Under the pieces are notes generated by a model that searched no databases, was not told where the DNA came from, and saw nothing but the letters and a program-made list of their open reading frames with translations. The position numbers were made by a program, and so were the translations under genes. Shown in pieces: positions 1 to 10,227 of a stretch of 64,000 bases of DNA (positions are counted from its first letter, which is position 1; every line of letters starts with the position of its first letter). This DNA comes from an uncultured delta proteobacterium. Lineage in GTDB: Bacteria; Myxococcota_A; Polyangia; Fen-1088. Location of the stretch: assembly GCA_963796685.1 (NCBI GenBank), contig CAWCMR010000025.1, positions 128,001 to 192,000 on the forward strand, written 5' to 3'.

Positions 1-332
1 GCGGTCTTGGCATCGGCCTTTCGAGCCGCGGTCTCCTCGTTCAGCCGACGCTCCAAATCTTCGCGCAAGGCGGAGATTTGGTCCCTTTGTCTGGCGACCT
101 GTTCCTCCAGCGCCGATGTCCTGTGTTCCTCCACCGCTTGCGGCACCTCGGCTTGAGGCGTCGGCACCTGGGCAGACTCTTCCGAATCCTGCCCAAGTGC
201 CAATCGCGGTGCAAAGAGCATGATGGCCGTTCCGAGAAGCCCCGCTATCGCTGCCTTCTGGTAGTAGGGAGGGGTGGACCCGATCCTCGAGTAGGTAAGC
301 CGGGCAGTCGTCGAACAGCCATCTCTATGCAC
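1..332 (-). CDS. Exported protein, 5' part only (runs off window); possibly a porin of the PstS-like operon
   Basis: Manually read frame from GTG at 332: ...QKAAIAGLLGTAIMLFAPRLALG-QDSEE... (signal peptide), then coiled-coil-like ALEEQVARQRDQISALREDLERRL. Porin identity is inferred from context only. Confidence 0.5.
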   Translation of the reverse strand, partial: MHRDGCSTTARLTYSRIGSTPPYYQKAAIAGLLGTAIMLFAPRLALGQDSEESAQVPTPQAEVPQAVEEHRTSALEEQVARQRDQISALREDLERRLNEETAARKADAKT

Positions 333-372
333 CGTATTTGTCTTTCAATGAATGGTCTATTGGCTAATGGGT

Positions 373-894
373 CTATTGGCTGCAGGTGGCATAGTCCGGC
401 GGATTGGTGACCGGCGGAGCCTGCGCGACCACCGTGGCGGCCACCGGTCCATTGATGATTGCCAGGTTGCACTGATCGACGGTAAGTCCCGTGCAAATGT
501 TGGTGGCAGTCGGTCCTGTTTCGCCGACCGAGCTATCGACCGCTGGGCCTACATCATGCATGGGCGCGTCGATGATCGACGCGTCGTGGGTTGTTGTGCC
601 GCCCGCACCGCCACCGTCCAGTGAGCCGCCTGCGCCCCCGGTCGCCATGGGTACATCGGGAGAGCCACCGCCGCCATCCATGCCGATCACCCCGCCCGCG
701 CCACCCGCGCCGGTCGTTCCTGCCACGCCGCCCATTCCGGCATCCATGCCCACGGTTCCGCCAGTGCCGACTGCTCCGCCCGTTCCCGGTCCGATGACCG
801 GAGCATCGGGGCTTTTTCCACTATCGCTGCCACAGCCTATGCCGGCCGCGAATCCGAGTGCGAGTACGATGGTTGTAACTTTGAGTGAGTTCAT
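373..894 (-). CDS. Small lipoprotein with Gly-rich linker and short Cys-containing C-terminus
   Basis: Lipobox-like AGIGC after a hydrophobic stretch; GGAG RBS upstream; co-oriented with neighbours. Confidence 0.7.
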   Translation of the reverse strand: MNSLKVTTIVLALGFAAGIGCGSDSGKSPDAPVIGPGTGGAVGTGGTVGMDAGMGGVAGTTGAGGAGGVIGMDGGGGSPDVPMATGGAGGSLDGGGAGGTTTHDASIIDAPMHDVGPAVDSSVGETGPTATNICTGLTVDQCNLAIINGPVAATVVAQAPPVTNPPDYATCSQ

Positions 895-917
895 AGGTCA
901 TTTCCTCCAGTTGGCGG

Positions 918-2141
918 CTACTCGCAATATCCGGTTTGACAGGTCTTCCCGCCCGTACATTGGGCGTTGGACGTACAGGGGGTGCAACCCGCTGGATCGG
1001 TCGTCAGCTTGTTCACGGTCTTGTCGAAGAAACAGCCGCAGGAAACCGGCGGCGTGTAGACGGAGAAGGGACCACCGTCAAAGGCGTTCACGACCTTCAT
1101 CGCGCAGGTGGGGACATCGCCAGCCAAAGTCACCGTTCTGATGTAGCCGACATTGCTGGTGTCGGTCGGATCGATGGGCACCACGCCGGTGATCCAATCC
1201 AGAACCTTCTTTGCAGTCGCCGAAGGCGCACCGTTGGTCAGCTGGCTGAACATGTGCACAGGACCTTGAATCATGTAGTGGCCATCGCGCACGTTCTTCT
1301 TGTCCACGGAGCTGGCGTCCGAGTCCGCGTAGTAGGCCTTGGTCTGGCCCTTGCCCTGGAAGGCAACTGAGTTCAGTGTGGCGCGCGCCGGATCATAGGC
1401 GTCTGCGGCAAGGATCCCGATAGCTGTCTGTGGATCTGCCACGGCTAGCAGCGACGTGACGAGGCCGCTGCCACCTGAGTTTTGCTTGCCCTTGAAGGCC
1501 GTCGGCGGAACGCCGATCGCCGCTGCGACCATCGTTTGCGTCCCCGATGTCGAGGTGCGCTGTTGAATCGCCGTCTCGTCTGTGAACGGTGTCTGGAGGC
1601 CCTTGGTCCCGCAACCCCAGATCGCCGCCGCCTGCTTGTAGGACAGGGCCGTTGTGGTCACGTTGGCCTCTGGTACGATGAGCAACATCGATTGTACCGG
1701 CCCGTGCCACTCGCCGACATTTGCAGGAAGTGCCGTTCCTCCAGTGCACGACTCGTAGAACACGTCCGAAATGCCGATGATCGGCTTGGTCCCCGTCGGA
1801 ATCGTGCAGGTATTGATCTTGACGCCATTCTTTTGTGTGGCATCGGCAACGTAGTAGTCGGCCGTTCCAGAAAGCACCTGCGTGCTATCTACGACGTCGG
1901 CAGCCCCGGTACACGACGAGGCTGGGGCGTAGATGAGCGACATCCCCTGCTTGGCAGTGATCTGCAGAGCAAGCTGAGCAATCGTAGGCTCGATTGCAGT
2001 GCTACCGGCCATGTACACAGGGTTGGGATTCACGGTGGCGTCGTCGCACGCGACGGTCTGCGCCGCCGCCGGCGTGGCGACCGCCAAGGCCATTCCAAGG
2101 CCAAGAGTCGCCGAGATTCTAAGGTGCTTTTCATGGGTCAT
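918..2141 (-). CDS. PstS-like (PBP2 fold) substrate-binding protein, Cys-rich
   Basis: Signal peptide ending AAA-Q; AGSTA and RTSTSGT motifs resemble the GS(S/T) and R...SGT phosphate-binding motifs of PstS-family proteins; GGAGG RBS. Confidence 0.6.
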   Translation of the reverse strand: MTHEKHLRISATLGLGMALAVATPAAAQTVACDDATVNPNPVYMAGSTAIEPTIAQLALQITAKQGMSLIYAPASSCTGAADVVDSTQVLSGTADYYVADATQKNGVKINTCTIPTGTKPIIGISDVFYESCTGGTALPANVGEWHGPVQSMLLIVPEANVTTTALSYKQAAAIWGCGTKGLQTPFTDETAIQQRTSTSGTQTMVAAAIGVPPTAFKGKQNSGGSGLVTSLLAVADPQTAIGILAADAYDPARATLNSVAFQGKGQTKAYYADSDASSVDKKNVRDGHYMIQGPVHMFSQLTNGAPSATAKKVLDWITGVVPIDPTDTSNVGYIRTVTLAGDVPTCAMKVVNAFDGGPFSVYTPPVSCGCFFDKTVNKLTTDPAGCTPCTSNAQCTGGKTCQTGYCE

Positions 2142-2226
2142 GGGATAGGGTCCTCCGTCATCGTTGACCGCATCGGATAGCTCCTAGCGGCGGGCAGAAC
2201 ATAAGCGATCAATCCGTTCTCCGTTT

Positions 2227-2270
2227 GCCAACACTGCGCAACGGAAGCGTTACAGAATTGCAACACCTGC
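2227..2270 (-). promoter_or_regulatory. Pho-box-like 11-bp periodic repeats upstream of the PstS-like gene
   Basis: Minus strand GTGTTGCaatt-CTGTAACgctt-CCGTTGC; the middle unit matches CTGTCAC at 6/7. Confidence 0.35.
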
Positions 2271-2303
2271 GAATGTGGTTGCGTCGGTGGGGGCAGGAAG
2301 GCG

Positions 2304-2879
2304 CTACTGCAACCCTGCGGCCTCTGCGTGAACCTCGCCCCAACCGTAGTGCGCGGACACATCGCGCGATGCTGGTTCGGTTTGGCGCAAGGATTCGGCG
2401 GCCAGCAGACGGAGCTTGAGCCCGGCGCCCGTGGTCAGAAGCAGCAGATCGACCATGCGTGGCACGGCCGATAGAACCGCGCGACTGAAATCGAGGCTAT
2501 AGCGATCCATGTGCTCGACGCGGACGCCGCCGATCGTGATCGTGCAGCCCGAGTCTTCAAGCCCCACTTCTCGCGCCAACTGCATGATATCCGCGACCTC
2601 GCGCGAATGGCAGCACCCCGAGGCAACCACCGCGGCCGAGTGCCCGGTCACATCCACCACCGTACACGTGCCGGGCTCGGCCTCAGCGGTCAGCCCATCC
2701 ACGATAACCAACTGGTCGAGCTCCACCAACTGGTCGAGCAGATCGAGGCGAAGGCGGGATACCACCGCGACCTGGATATCCACGGGCAAAGGCTGCGCCT
2801 GCAAGACCCTTCCAATCCGAGCGCCGATGCCATCGTCCGAGATGTTCTCGTTTCCGACACAAACGATGAGTGTTCGCAT
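2304..2879 (-). CDS. Hydrogenase maturation protease-like protein (HyaD/HycI family)
   Basis: N-terminal LIVCVGNENISDDGIG, VIVDG and PGT motifs; start taken at MRTLIV (2879). Confidence 0.75.
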   Translation of the reverse strand: MRTLIVCVGNENISDDGIGARIGRVLQAQPLPVDIQVAVVSRLRLDLLDQLVELDQLVIVDGLTAEAEPGTCTVVDVTGHSAAVVASGCCHSREVADIMQLAREVGLEDSGCTITIGGVRVEHMDRYSLDFSRAVLSAVPRMVDLLLLTTGAGLKLRLLAAESLRQTEPASRDVSAHYGWGEVHAEAAGLQ

Positions 2880-3049
2880 GTCACTTGTTACACGATACTT
2901 TTCTCTCCCGTGGGGTGAGAAGGGTGTGACGTCTCGAAGACAATTGTGTGAACTGCGAAGGTTCACTCGAACGTAGCGGACTTGTGGCACATGTAACAAA
3001 CGACCGGGTCTAGTTTGCCTCCGTCATTTCGGACCAAAGGAGGCTCATC

Positions 3050-5947
3050 ATGATTCGACCCAGTTCCACGGTTAGCAATCTTCACTTCGCCGCCAGAATG
3101 ACCCTGGCTGCCCTTCTGGCCCTCTCGGCCTGCGGTGGCGGCCCCAGCCCAGCCGAGGTCGCAAGTGCGAGCGGCAGCGCCGACCTCAGCGTGCACGAGC
3201 TCGCCGCACTCCACGTCAGCAACGTCGTGGCCACGGTCAGCGGCCCGGCCTTGCCGACGCCCAAGACCATCGCGCTCTCCGCGCGTGGTAGCGCCGACAC
3301 CTGGGGCGCGCTCATCGGCGCCCTCCCAGTGGGAAGCAACTACGTCTTCACCGTCAGCGCCCTCGACGCGTCGAGCGTCCCCCAGTACGCGGGCTCGGCA
3401 AGCGGAATCGCCATCATGAAGGACCAAGTCACGACGGTCATCATCACGGCCCAGCAAACAACGGCTCCCGATCCCTTCCAGAACGCAGTGCCGGTCATCG
3501 ATTCCTTGGTCCTGTCGTCGACCAACGTCGTTCCCGGCGCCACCGTCTCGGCCAAAGCCGCCGCGCATGACCCCAACGCGGGCGATACCATCGCCTTCGC
3601 ATGGACGGCCAGCCCAGGGCCGAATGGTTTCACGCCGTCCGACACCGCAATGACCACCTGGACCGCGCCTGCCACCGAGGGAGACCAGACCGTGACCCTC
3701 ACCGTGACGGACAACCATGGCGCCGCGACATCCGCATCGGTCATCGTGCACGTCTCGGCCAGCAACAGCCGCGGCCAGGCCGACGTCAACGTCCGCTTCA
3801 ACAACTGGCCCGTGGTCACCGACCTTCTCGCTGCCCCAGGCTACCTCGTTGCCGGCTCGCCAACGGCCATCACGGTCACGGCGAGCGATGCGGACGGCGA
3901 TGCCTTGTCGTTCGCTTGGACCAGCTCCTGCGCCAGCGCCGTCTTCTCGGCCCAAGCCGCCGTCACCAGCGTCTCGCTTCCAGTCGGCGCTACGGACACC
4001 AGCTGCGATCTCGTCGTGACGGTCAGCGATGGCAAGGGCGGCTCGACCACCGGTCAGACGACCCTATCGGTTGGCATGCCCGTCTCCATCCAAGCCCCGT
4101 CCATCGTCGACAGCGCTCAGTCGGTGAGCGTGGTGGATGTCAACGGCACCGTGAATTTCTCTGTCGACGCGATGGATCCGCAGGGCAGCCCTCTCACGTT
4201 CGTCTGGGTGGCGGCCTCTGGCGTGCTCGCCAACCAGATCAATGGTGCTGGCTCGTCGAAAGTCGAGTGGACGGCGCCCTCTACGGAGAAGACCACGTTC
4301 ACAGTCTCGGTGATCGTGAGCAACGCGGTCGGCGGCAACGTCCAATTCGACTTCACGGTCTCGACCGCCGCTCTGGCGACCCTCTGCACACCGCCCGCTT
4401 CCACGGCCTGGAAGTTCGGTCTGATGTCGGATACGCAATGGACGACGACGGATCCGGCCCATCAGAACCCGACCACCGTCGCGGTGTCGATCATCGATCA
4501 GATCGATCCGCAGTTCATCGCGGCAGGCGTCAAGTTCGTCATCCAGGTGGGTGACCTCGCCGACACCGGCAACGACGCCGACGAGACCGTGCGCGCCCAG
4601 GCCGCCCAGGACCTGTACGACGCTGGCATCGGCTTCTTCCCGATGCGCGGCAACCACGAGACCTATGGCACGGGCAACCAGTTCTCCATCCCGGTGCTCA
4701 AGGCGCTCTACCCGCAGACCCGTGGTATCGGCAACACCTTCGGGGCCACCAACTTCAGTAGCCCGACCGACGTGAGCACCGAGCTCGATGGCATGAGCTA
4801 CTCGTTCGACTACAACAACGCGCGCTTCGTCATCGTCGATCCCTGGGAAACGCCGAGCCGCGACCTAAACACGGCGGGATACGACTTCGGCTACTCGGTC
4901 GCGGAGCAGCAGGCGTGGATCAGCAGCCGGCTCGACAAGGCCACGCGCGGCACCGACCATGCTTTCGTGATGACCCACCAGCCGCTCATCGCGGAGAACC
5001 ACCAGGACACCATGTTCCAGGGCTACACCGACGCGAACCCCGACATGCAGAACGCCTTCTTCGCCAGCATGCAGAACAACAACGTCAAGTACTTCTTCAG
5101 CGGCCATGACCACATCAACCAGCACTCGATCATCGCCAGCCCCGACGGACTGTCGAGCGTACACGAGATCATCGGGGCCTCGGACAGCAGCAAGTTCTAC
5201 ACGCCCAAGTCCCTCACGGATGCGAACTGGCACGGGCAGAAGGTGCGCGAGACCTCCGTCGCCCAGGAGGGCTACACGGTCGGTTACTACATCTTCACCG
5301 TGGATGGACCGAACGTGACGGTGGACTTCTACTCCGACAACCACGGCAACTGGCAGTCGGACGCCAGCTACCCACTCGGCAAGGACCGACCTGACACCAA
5401 CATTACGCCGGTCTTCACCTTCGTCAAGAAGCAGACCTTCGGCTACAGCCGGAACGGAGCCGAGTTCCTGGTTGCCCAGGGCGCTTCCTACCCCACCACG
5501 CCGCTTGCCTTCTCGGGCACCACGGCACAGTTCCTCGCCGGCAGCAACACCAGCACGGCGATGGACTACACGAGCCGCAAGCTCACCCACTCCGTGGACA
5601 TCGGTTGGGATGCCGCCACCTGCGCCACCTACAGCGCGATCATGACCCTATGGGGCACAGCGGACATCGGCAGCAGCAGCGGCGACACCCTCGCCCTGTC
5701 CATGTCGTTTGACCGCAGCCTGGTCAGCGATGCCACGTTGGTCAGCGGCAGCTTCGGCTTGGCCACGCAGGACGGCGCCGGCAACTGGACCAACGCCGTC
5801 GCGACGAACGTGGGCGGAACGCCGAGCTTCGTGCTCGGAGCCTGGGACGCGAGCTACGGCCTCGGCACCTTCGGTGTCGACCCGGCCACCAGCACCGCGT
5901 GGGCGGTCGTCAACCACGCCGGTCGCTTCGCCATCGCGCGCTTCTAA
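3050..5947 (+). CDS. Lipoprotein with Ig-like/PKD-like stalk and calcineurin-like metallophosphoesterase domain
   Basis: Lipobox LSAC; repeated D(P/A)xGD-like...W beta-sandwich units; metallophosphoesterase motifs SDTQ, GDLAD, GNHE, THQP, GHDH. Confidence 0.85.
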   Translation: MIRPSSTVSNLHFAARMTLAALLALSACGGGPSPAEVASASGSADLSVHELAALHVSNVVATVSGPALPTPKTIALSARGSADTWGALIGALPVGSNYVFTVSALDASSVPQYAGSASGIAIMKDQVTTVIITAQQTTAPDPFQNAVPVIDSLVLSSTNVVPGATVSAKAAAHDPNAGDTIAFAWTASPGPNGFTPSDTAMTTWTAPATEGDQTVTLTVTDNHGAATSASVIVHVSASNSRGQADVNVRFNNWPVVTDLLAAPGYLVAGSPTAITVTASDADGDALSFAWTSSCASAVFSAQAAVTSVSLPVGATDTSCDLVVTVSDGKGGSTTGQTTLSVGMPVSIQAPSIVDSAQSVSVVDVNGTVNFSVDAMDPQGSPLTFVWVAASGVLANQINGAGSSKVEWTAPSTEKTTFTVSVIVSNAVGGNVQFDFTVSTAALATLCTPPASTAWKFGLMSDTQWTTTDPAHQNPTTVAVSIIDQIDPQFIAAGVKFVIQVGDLADTGNDADETVRAQAAQDLYDAGIGFFPMRGNHETYGTGNQFSIPVLKALYPQTRGIGNTFGATNFSSPTDVSTELDGMSYSFDYNNARFVIVDPWETPSRDLNTAGYDFGYSVAEQQAWISSRLDKATRGTDHAFVMTHQPLIAENHQDTMFQGYTDANPDMQNAFFASMQNNNVKYFFSGHDHINQHSIIASPDGLSSVHEIIGASDSSKFYTPKSLTDANWHGQKVRETSVAQEGYTVGYYIFTVDGPNVTVDFYSDNHGNWQSDASYPLGKDRPDTNITPVFTFVKKQTFGYSRNGAEFLVAQGASYPTTPLAFSGTTAQFLAGSNTSTAMDYTSRKLTHSVDIGWDAATCATYSAIMTLWGTADIGSSSGDTLALSMSFDRSLVSDATLVSGSFGLATQDGAGNWTNAVATNVGGTPSFVLGAWDASYGLGTFGVDPATSTAWAVVNHAGRFAIARF

Positions 5948-5985
5948 TCGCAGCAGCAGCAGCAACCAATAGCTTAGCCGACCAA

Positions 5986-6030
5986 GCGGCCCTGGCGCCT
6001 TCGACCGGCCCCAGGGCCGCGCTCTTTTCC
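5986..6030 (+). terminator. Hairpin terminator, copy 1 of a duplicated element
   Basis: GCGGCCCTGG...CCAGGGCCGC stem followed by gctcttttcc, between convergent genes. Confidence 0.6.
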
Positions 6031-6031
6031 A

Positions 6032-6776
6032 CTACCAATCGGCCAGCAACCCGTCCATTCGCCTCTCGTCGTAGCCGACCAACAAGCGTCCGCGCACGTC
6101 CAGCATGGGCACCCGGTCGGCCGTAATCCCGGAGCGAGAGGCCTTCTGCGCCAGCTCCTTGGCGGCGGAAGGATCTTTCTCGATATCCTTGGAGACGAAG
6201 GGAACGAGATTGGAAACCAGGTACCGGCGCGCCGAATTGCATGCCTTGCACCACGATGTTCTGTACAGGATCGCGATAGGCGGGTCGTTTTGCGCTCCCG
6301 CCTTCTCAGGTTCCTCGGCCAAGGGCGGGCCATGTGGACCTGCCAGCAGGCAGGAATCGCCCGGCGACAGGCTGTGCCAGTGCGCCAGTCTCGAAGTCCT
6401 CGCGCAACATCACCCGCGGCCGGGTTTTGCCCCTCGCGAGCAATTCGCCCACGTCGACGATCTCGACCTTCGCATTGTTCAGCCGCGGTGGTTCACCCTT
6501 GGTCCGCGCCATGATCCGCACCAGCCGTCGGGTCACTTCAGGCACCTTCTCGGCCTTCTCGGTGGTGGCAAACATACCGTTCGGTGCGACATAGGTGAAG
6601 AACAGCGATGATTCCAGGGTCACCTCGACGGGTGTCCTTTCGGTGCGAGATACGACGGGCCAAGGCGACGACGCTCCCTTCTTGCAAGCGCCGACAAGAA
6701 CGAGGATGGCGATGACAACGAGAAGCTCGAAAAGCCGGTCGATGAGGTCCCATGGTGCGCGGAAGTCTACGCACAT
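6032..6776 (-). CDS. Glutaredoxin/NrdH-like lipoprotein, split by a +1 frameshift near 6372
   Basis: LVGAC lipobox in ORF 6306-6776; WCKAC redox motif and VP motif in ORF 6032-6322; removing one C after CAG joins the frames. Confidence 0.7.
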
Positions 6777-6827
6777 TTACGGCTGCGCGCCTCCACCTGG
6801 ACTGCAAATCGGTAGTGTTTCACAAGC

Positions 6828-8633
6828 GTGACACAGCCCTTTGCGCAGACTCGTAAACTGCACCCCGAATTCGTATTTCCACCGAGGTTTGACATGAACT
6901 GCAGGAATCGAAGCGTAGGCGCGCGCGCCAAGCTCCCGCTCGGAGCACTCGTGGTCTTGTCCGTCCTGTCGGCCTGCGAGGGCGCTCGGCCAACGACGGG
7001 AAGCGCGGACTTGACCGTGCGCTCATTCGGCGCGCTTGGGATCGGCAGTGTCGTGGCGACGGTCAGTGGTCCCGCCCTGTCAACTCCCAGATCATTCCAG
7101 CTGACCCAGCGTGGGGATTCTTCGGCGGTCTGGGGCGGTCTTCTGGGCTCGCTTCCGGTAGGGGGCAACTATGTCTTCACCGTGTCGGCCGTCGACCGTT
7201 CGAACGCGGTCGACTACGCGGGAAGCGCTTCCGGTATCACCATCGCGGCCGGCGCGGTAGCCACAGTCACCATCACCGCCCAGCAAGTCGCCCCTCCGAT
7301 TCCTTTCGGTAACGCGGTTCCCGTGATCGATTCCCTGGTGTTCTCTTCGACGAACGTCGCCCCCGGTGAAACCATCGTGGTCAAGGCGACGGCGCACGAC
7401 CCGGACGCTGGAGACACCATTACTTTCGCGTGGACGGCAAGCCCGACACTAGGCGGATTCTCCGCCCCCTCCGCGGCCACGACCAAGTGGACGGCCCCGA
7501 GCGGCGAAGGCGACCAAACCGTCATCCTCAACGTAACCGACAGCCACAGCGCTTCGACGTCTGCCTCCACTATCGTCCACGTCGCGGCCGCAAATGGTCG
7601 CGGGCAGGCCGACATCAATGTTGGCTTCAACACCTGGCCCGTGGTCGCCGACGTTCTCGCGTCTCCCGGATACCTTGTTCCTGGCTCCCCGACCGCGATA
7701 ACGGTGACGGCAAGCGATGCCGATGGAGATGCTCTCACTTACGAATGGACCACCAGTTGTGGCGATGAGGGCTTTTCCAGTGCCGCGGCTGCATCGACTA
7801 CCTTCACACTTTCGTCTGGTTCGGACGCTGCGAGCTGCGATTTCGTCGTCACGGTTAGCGATGGACGCGGCGGATCCACGACGGGCCAAACCACGCTGCC
7901 GGTGGGCAAGCCGACGATCATCGAGGCGCCCACCATCACCGGGGCCGTCCAGTCCTCTGCCGACGTCCCAGCCAGCGGCACGGTGAATTTCTCGGTCGAC
8001 GCGGTCGATCCCCAAGGCGGCGCGCTGGCCTTTCAGTGGCTACCGGCCGCCGGGGCCATCTCGAACCAGATCGACGGCGCAGGCACATCGCAAGTGCTGT
8101 GGACAGCTCCAGCCACGCCGAGCGCCACCTTCACCGTGTCCGTGATCGTGACCGATGCGGCCGGCGTCAGCACTCAGTACGATTTCTCCGTCAGCAGCGC
8201 CACTTGCCGTTGCAACGGCACAGGCCCCGGCGGCGTTCCCGTCAAAGCGTCTTGCGGACAATCCACCTGCGGGTCCGATTACCAGATCTACGCGTGCAGC
8301 GCCTCCGGCTGGTCGCGGACCACCGAATCGTGCGCCCCCGATGCCGGTCCCTGCGAGTGCAACGGCGCGGGTCCAGGCGGCGTTCCCGTCAAAGCGTCTT
8401 GCGGACAATCCACCTGCGGGTCCGATTACCAGATCTACGCGTGCAGCGCCTCCGGCTGGTCGCGGACCACCGAATCGTGCGCCCCCGATGCCGGTCCCTG
8501 CGAGTGCAACGGCGCAGGTCCGGGCGACGTTCCAGTCACTGTTTCGTGCGGACAATCCACCTGCGGGTCCGATTACCAGATCTACGCGTGCAGCGCCTCC
8601 GGCTGGTCGGCAACTGGCGTCGCCTGCCCGTAG
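6828..8633 (+). CDS. Lipoprotein with Ig-like stalk (paralog of the 3050 N-terminus) and three Cys-rich C-terminal repeats
   Basis: LSAC lipobox; long matches to the 3050 ORF (VVATVSGPAL, NAVPVIDSLV, HDPxAGDTI, GGSTTGQTTL); true start may be ATG at 6894. Confidence 0.8.
   Translation: MTQPFAQTRKLHPEFVFPPRFDMNCRNRSVGARAKLPLGALVVLSVLSACEGARPTTGSADLTVRSFGALGIGSVVATVSGPALSTPRSFQLTQRGDSSAVWGGLLGSLPVGGNYVFTVSAVDRSNAVDYAGSASGITIAAGAVATVTITAQQVAPPIPFGNAVPVIDSLVFSSTNVAPGETIVVKATAHDPDAGDTITFAWTASPTLGGFSAPSAATTKWTAPSGEGDQTVILNVTDSHSASTSASTIVHVAAANGRGQADINVGFNTWPVVADVLASPGYLVPGSPTAITVTASDADGDALTYEWTTSCGDEGFSSAAAASTTFTLSSGSDAASCDFVVTVSDGRGGSTTGQTTLPVGKPTIIEAPTITGAVQSSADVPASGTVNFSVDAVDPQGGALAFQWLPAAGAISNQIDGAGTSQVLWTAPATPSATFTVSVIVTDAAGVSTQYDFSVSSATCRCNGTGPGGVPVKASCGQSTCGSDYQIYACSASGWSRTTESCAPDAGPCECNGAGPGGVPVKASCGQSTCGSDYQIYACSASGWSRTTESCAPDAGPCECNGAGPGDVPVTVSCGQSTCGSDYQIYACSASGWSATGVACP
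8205..8630 (+). repeat. Three tandem 147-bp (49-aa) Cys-rich coding repeats
   Basis: Units start at 8205, 8352 and 8499: CxCNGxGPGxVPVxxSCGQSTCGSDYQIYACSASGWS; nearly identical DNA. Confidence 0.95.
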
Positions 8634-8771
8634 TCGGATTCGTTCGCCGGCCGGCGCGAGCCGCGAAAATCGAAGCGATGCAACACTTCGTCACCAGACT
8701 TTTGCGAATCGGTAACGCTCGTCCCCAACGATTTCGACTAGCTTCAGACGCCGGAAACCCTGAAAATCAAA

Positions 8772-8815
8772 GCGGCCCTGGCGCCTCCTCCGGCCCAGGG
8801 CCGCGTACTTTTTCC
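8772..8815 (+). terminator. Hairpin terminator, copy 2 of the duplicated element
   Basis: GCGGCCCTGG-cgcctcctccggc-CCAGGGCCGC then gtactttttcc; same stem as at 5986. Confidence 0.55.
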
Positions 8816-8877
8816 AGGGCCGGCCACATTCCCGTCGCCGGAACGCCACATTCCGTTCCCGTGAAAGTTGCCTAGCT

Positions 8878-10227
8878 GTGACTTCATCTCGAGCGAGGCT
8901 GGCGTACTCTGCCCGCATGGCAAGCACGGAACCCGTTTCTCTTCGCCGCAGCGGCATGATGATCCCGTCGCTGCGCCGGTCGCAGTCGCAACGAAGGGTG
9001 GTCGTCACCGGTATCGGCATCGTGACCCCTTGGGGCTGCGACGTCGAGGTGTTCTGGAATGGTCTCACGGCCGGTCGCTCCTGCATCTCGCCTATCAGTC
9101 GCCTAGACACCTCGGACTATCCCGTTCACATCGGCGGACAGGTCGCGGAGGTGGCGCCGACGTCGTTCCTGCCGGAGCAGCTCCTTCGCCGCAACGATCT
9201 GTGCACCAACATCGGCCTTTTGGCGGGTGGCTTGGCTCTGGAATCGTCGGGGCTCGGCGCCCTCGCCGACGAGCGGCGCCCCATCTCGGTCATGGTCGGG
9301 TCGGCTTTCGGTGCCTCGCAGGGATTGCAGGATGTCTACGACTCGTACTTTCAGCGCGGCTGGCGCAAAATGCACCCGCTCTCGGTTCCGCGCAACATGT
9401 TCAACTCTCTGTCCAGCAACCTGTCGATTCAGTACAAATTGGGGGGCAGCCATTTCACCGTCGCGGCCGCATGTGCGTCGGGCGCGGTGGCGCTGGGCGA
9501 GGCCTTTCGCCGCATCCGTCACGGCGAGGACGAGATCGTGCTGGCGGGCGGTGCCGACGCTCCCATTTGCGGCAGCGTTCTCGGCGGCTGGTCCAACCTG
9601 CGCGTGCTTTCGCGTAATCCCGATCCCACGCACGCCTGCCGTCCGTTCGATTCCGAGCGCGACGGCTTGGTCATCTCCGAGGCAGCGGCCATGCTGGTTC
9701 TGGAAGATCTCGAGCACGCCCGCCGGCGCGGAGCCCGGTGCTATGGCGAGATTGCTGGGTATGGCGCCACCAGTGACGCCAGTCATCTGACCGCGCCCGA
9801 TGCCACGGGGCAAAGCCAAGCCATCGAACGGGCTCTGTGCTCGGCCGGGCTTGGGCCCGAGGACATCGACTATGTCAACGCGCACGGAACCTCGACCAAG
9901 CTCAACGACGAGGCCGAGACACGTGCCTTGCGCATGGCCCTGGGCGCGCATGCCGAGCGCGTCGCGGTCAGTGCCAACAAGTCCATGCTCGGGCACACCA
10001 TGGGCGCCTCCGGCGCGTTGGAGCTGATCAGCACCCTCCTCACCCTGCGCGATGGCGTGATTCCCCCTACCATCAATTACCAGACCCCCGATCCGTCCTG
10101 CAATCTCGACTACGTTCCCAACACCGCCCGTGCATCCGACGTTCGGGTGGCCATCAAGAGCTCGTTTGCTTTCGGCGGCGACAACGCCGTGCTCGTGGTC
10201 CGACAACCAGAGGAGATGCTGCAATGA
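8878..10227 (+). CDS. fabF: Beta-ketoacyl-ACP synthase II
   Basis: RRVVVTGIG, catalytic AACASG, NAHGTST, KSMLGH, SFAFGG; true start probably downstream (about 8917-8959). Confidence 0.9.
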   Translation: MTSSRARLAYSARMASTEPVSLRRSGMMIPSLRRSQSQRRVVVTGIGIVTPWGCDVEVFWNGLTAGRSCISPISRLDTSDYPVHIGGQVAEVAPTSFLPEQLLRRNDLCTNIGLLAGGLALESSGLGALADERRPISVMVGSAFGASQGLQDVYDSYFQRGWRKMHPLSVPRNMFNSLSSNLSIQYKLGGSHFTVAAACASGAVALGEAFRRIRHGEDEIVLAGGADAPICGSVLGGWSNLRVLSRNPDPTHACRPFDSERDGLVISEAAAMLVLEDLEHARRRGARCYGEIAGYGATSDASHLTAPDATGQSQAIERALCSAGLGPEDIDYVNAHGTSTKLNDEAETRALRMALGAHAERVAVSANKSMLGHTMGASGALELISTLLTLRDGVIPPTINYQTPDPSCNLDYVPNTARASDVRVAIKSSFAFGGDNAVLVVRQPEEMLQ

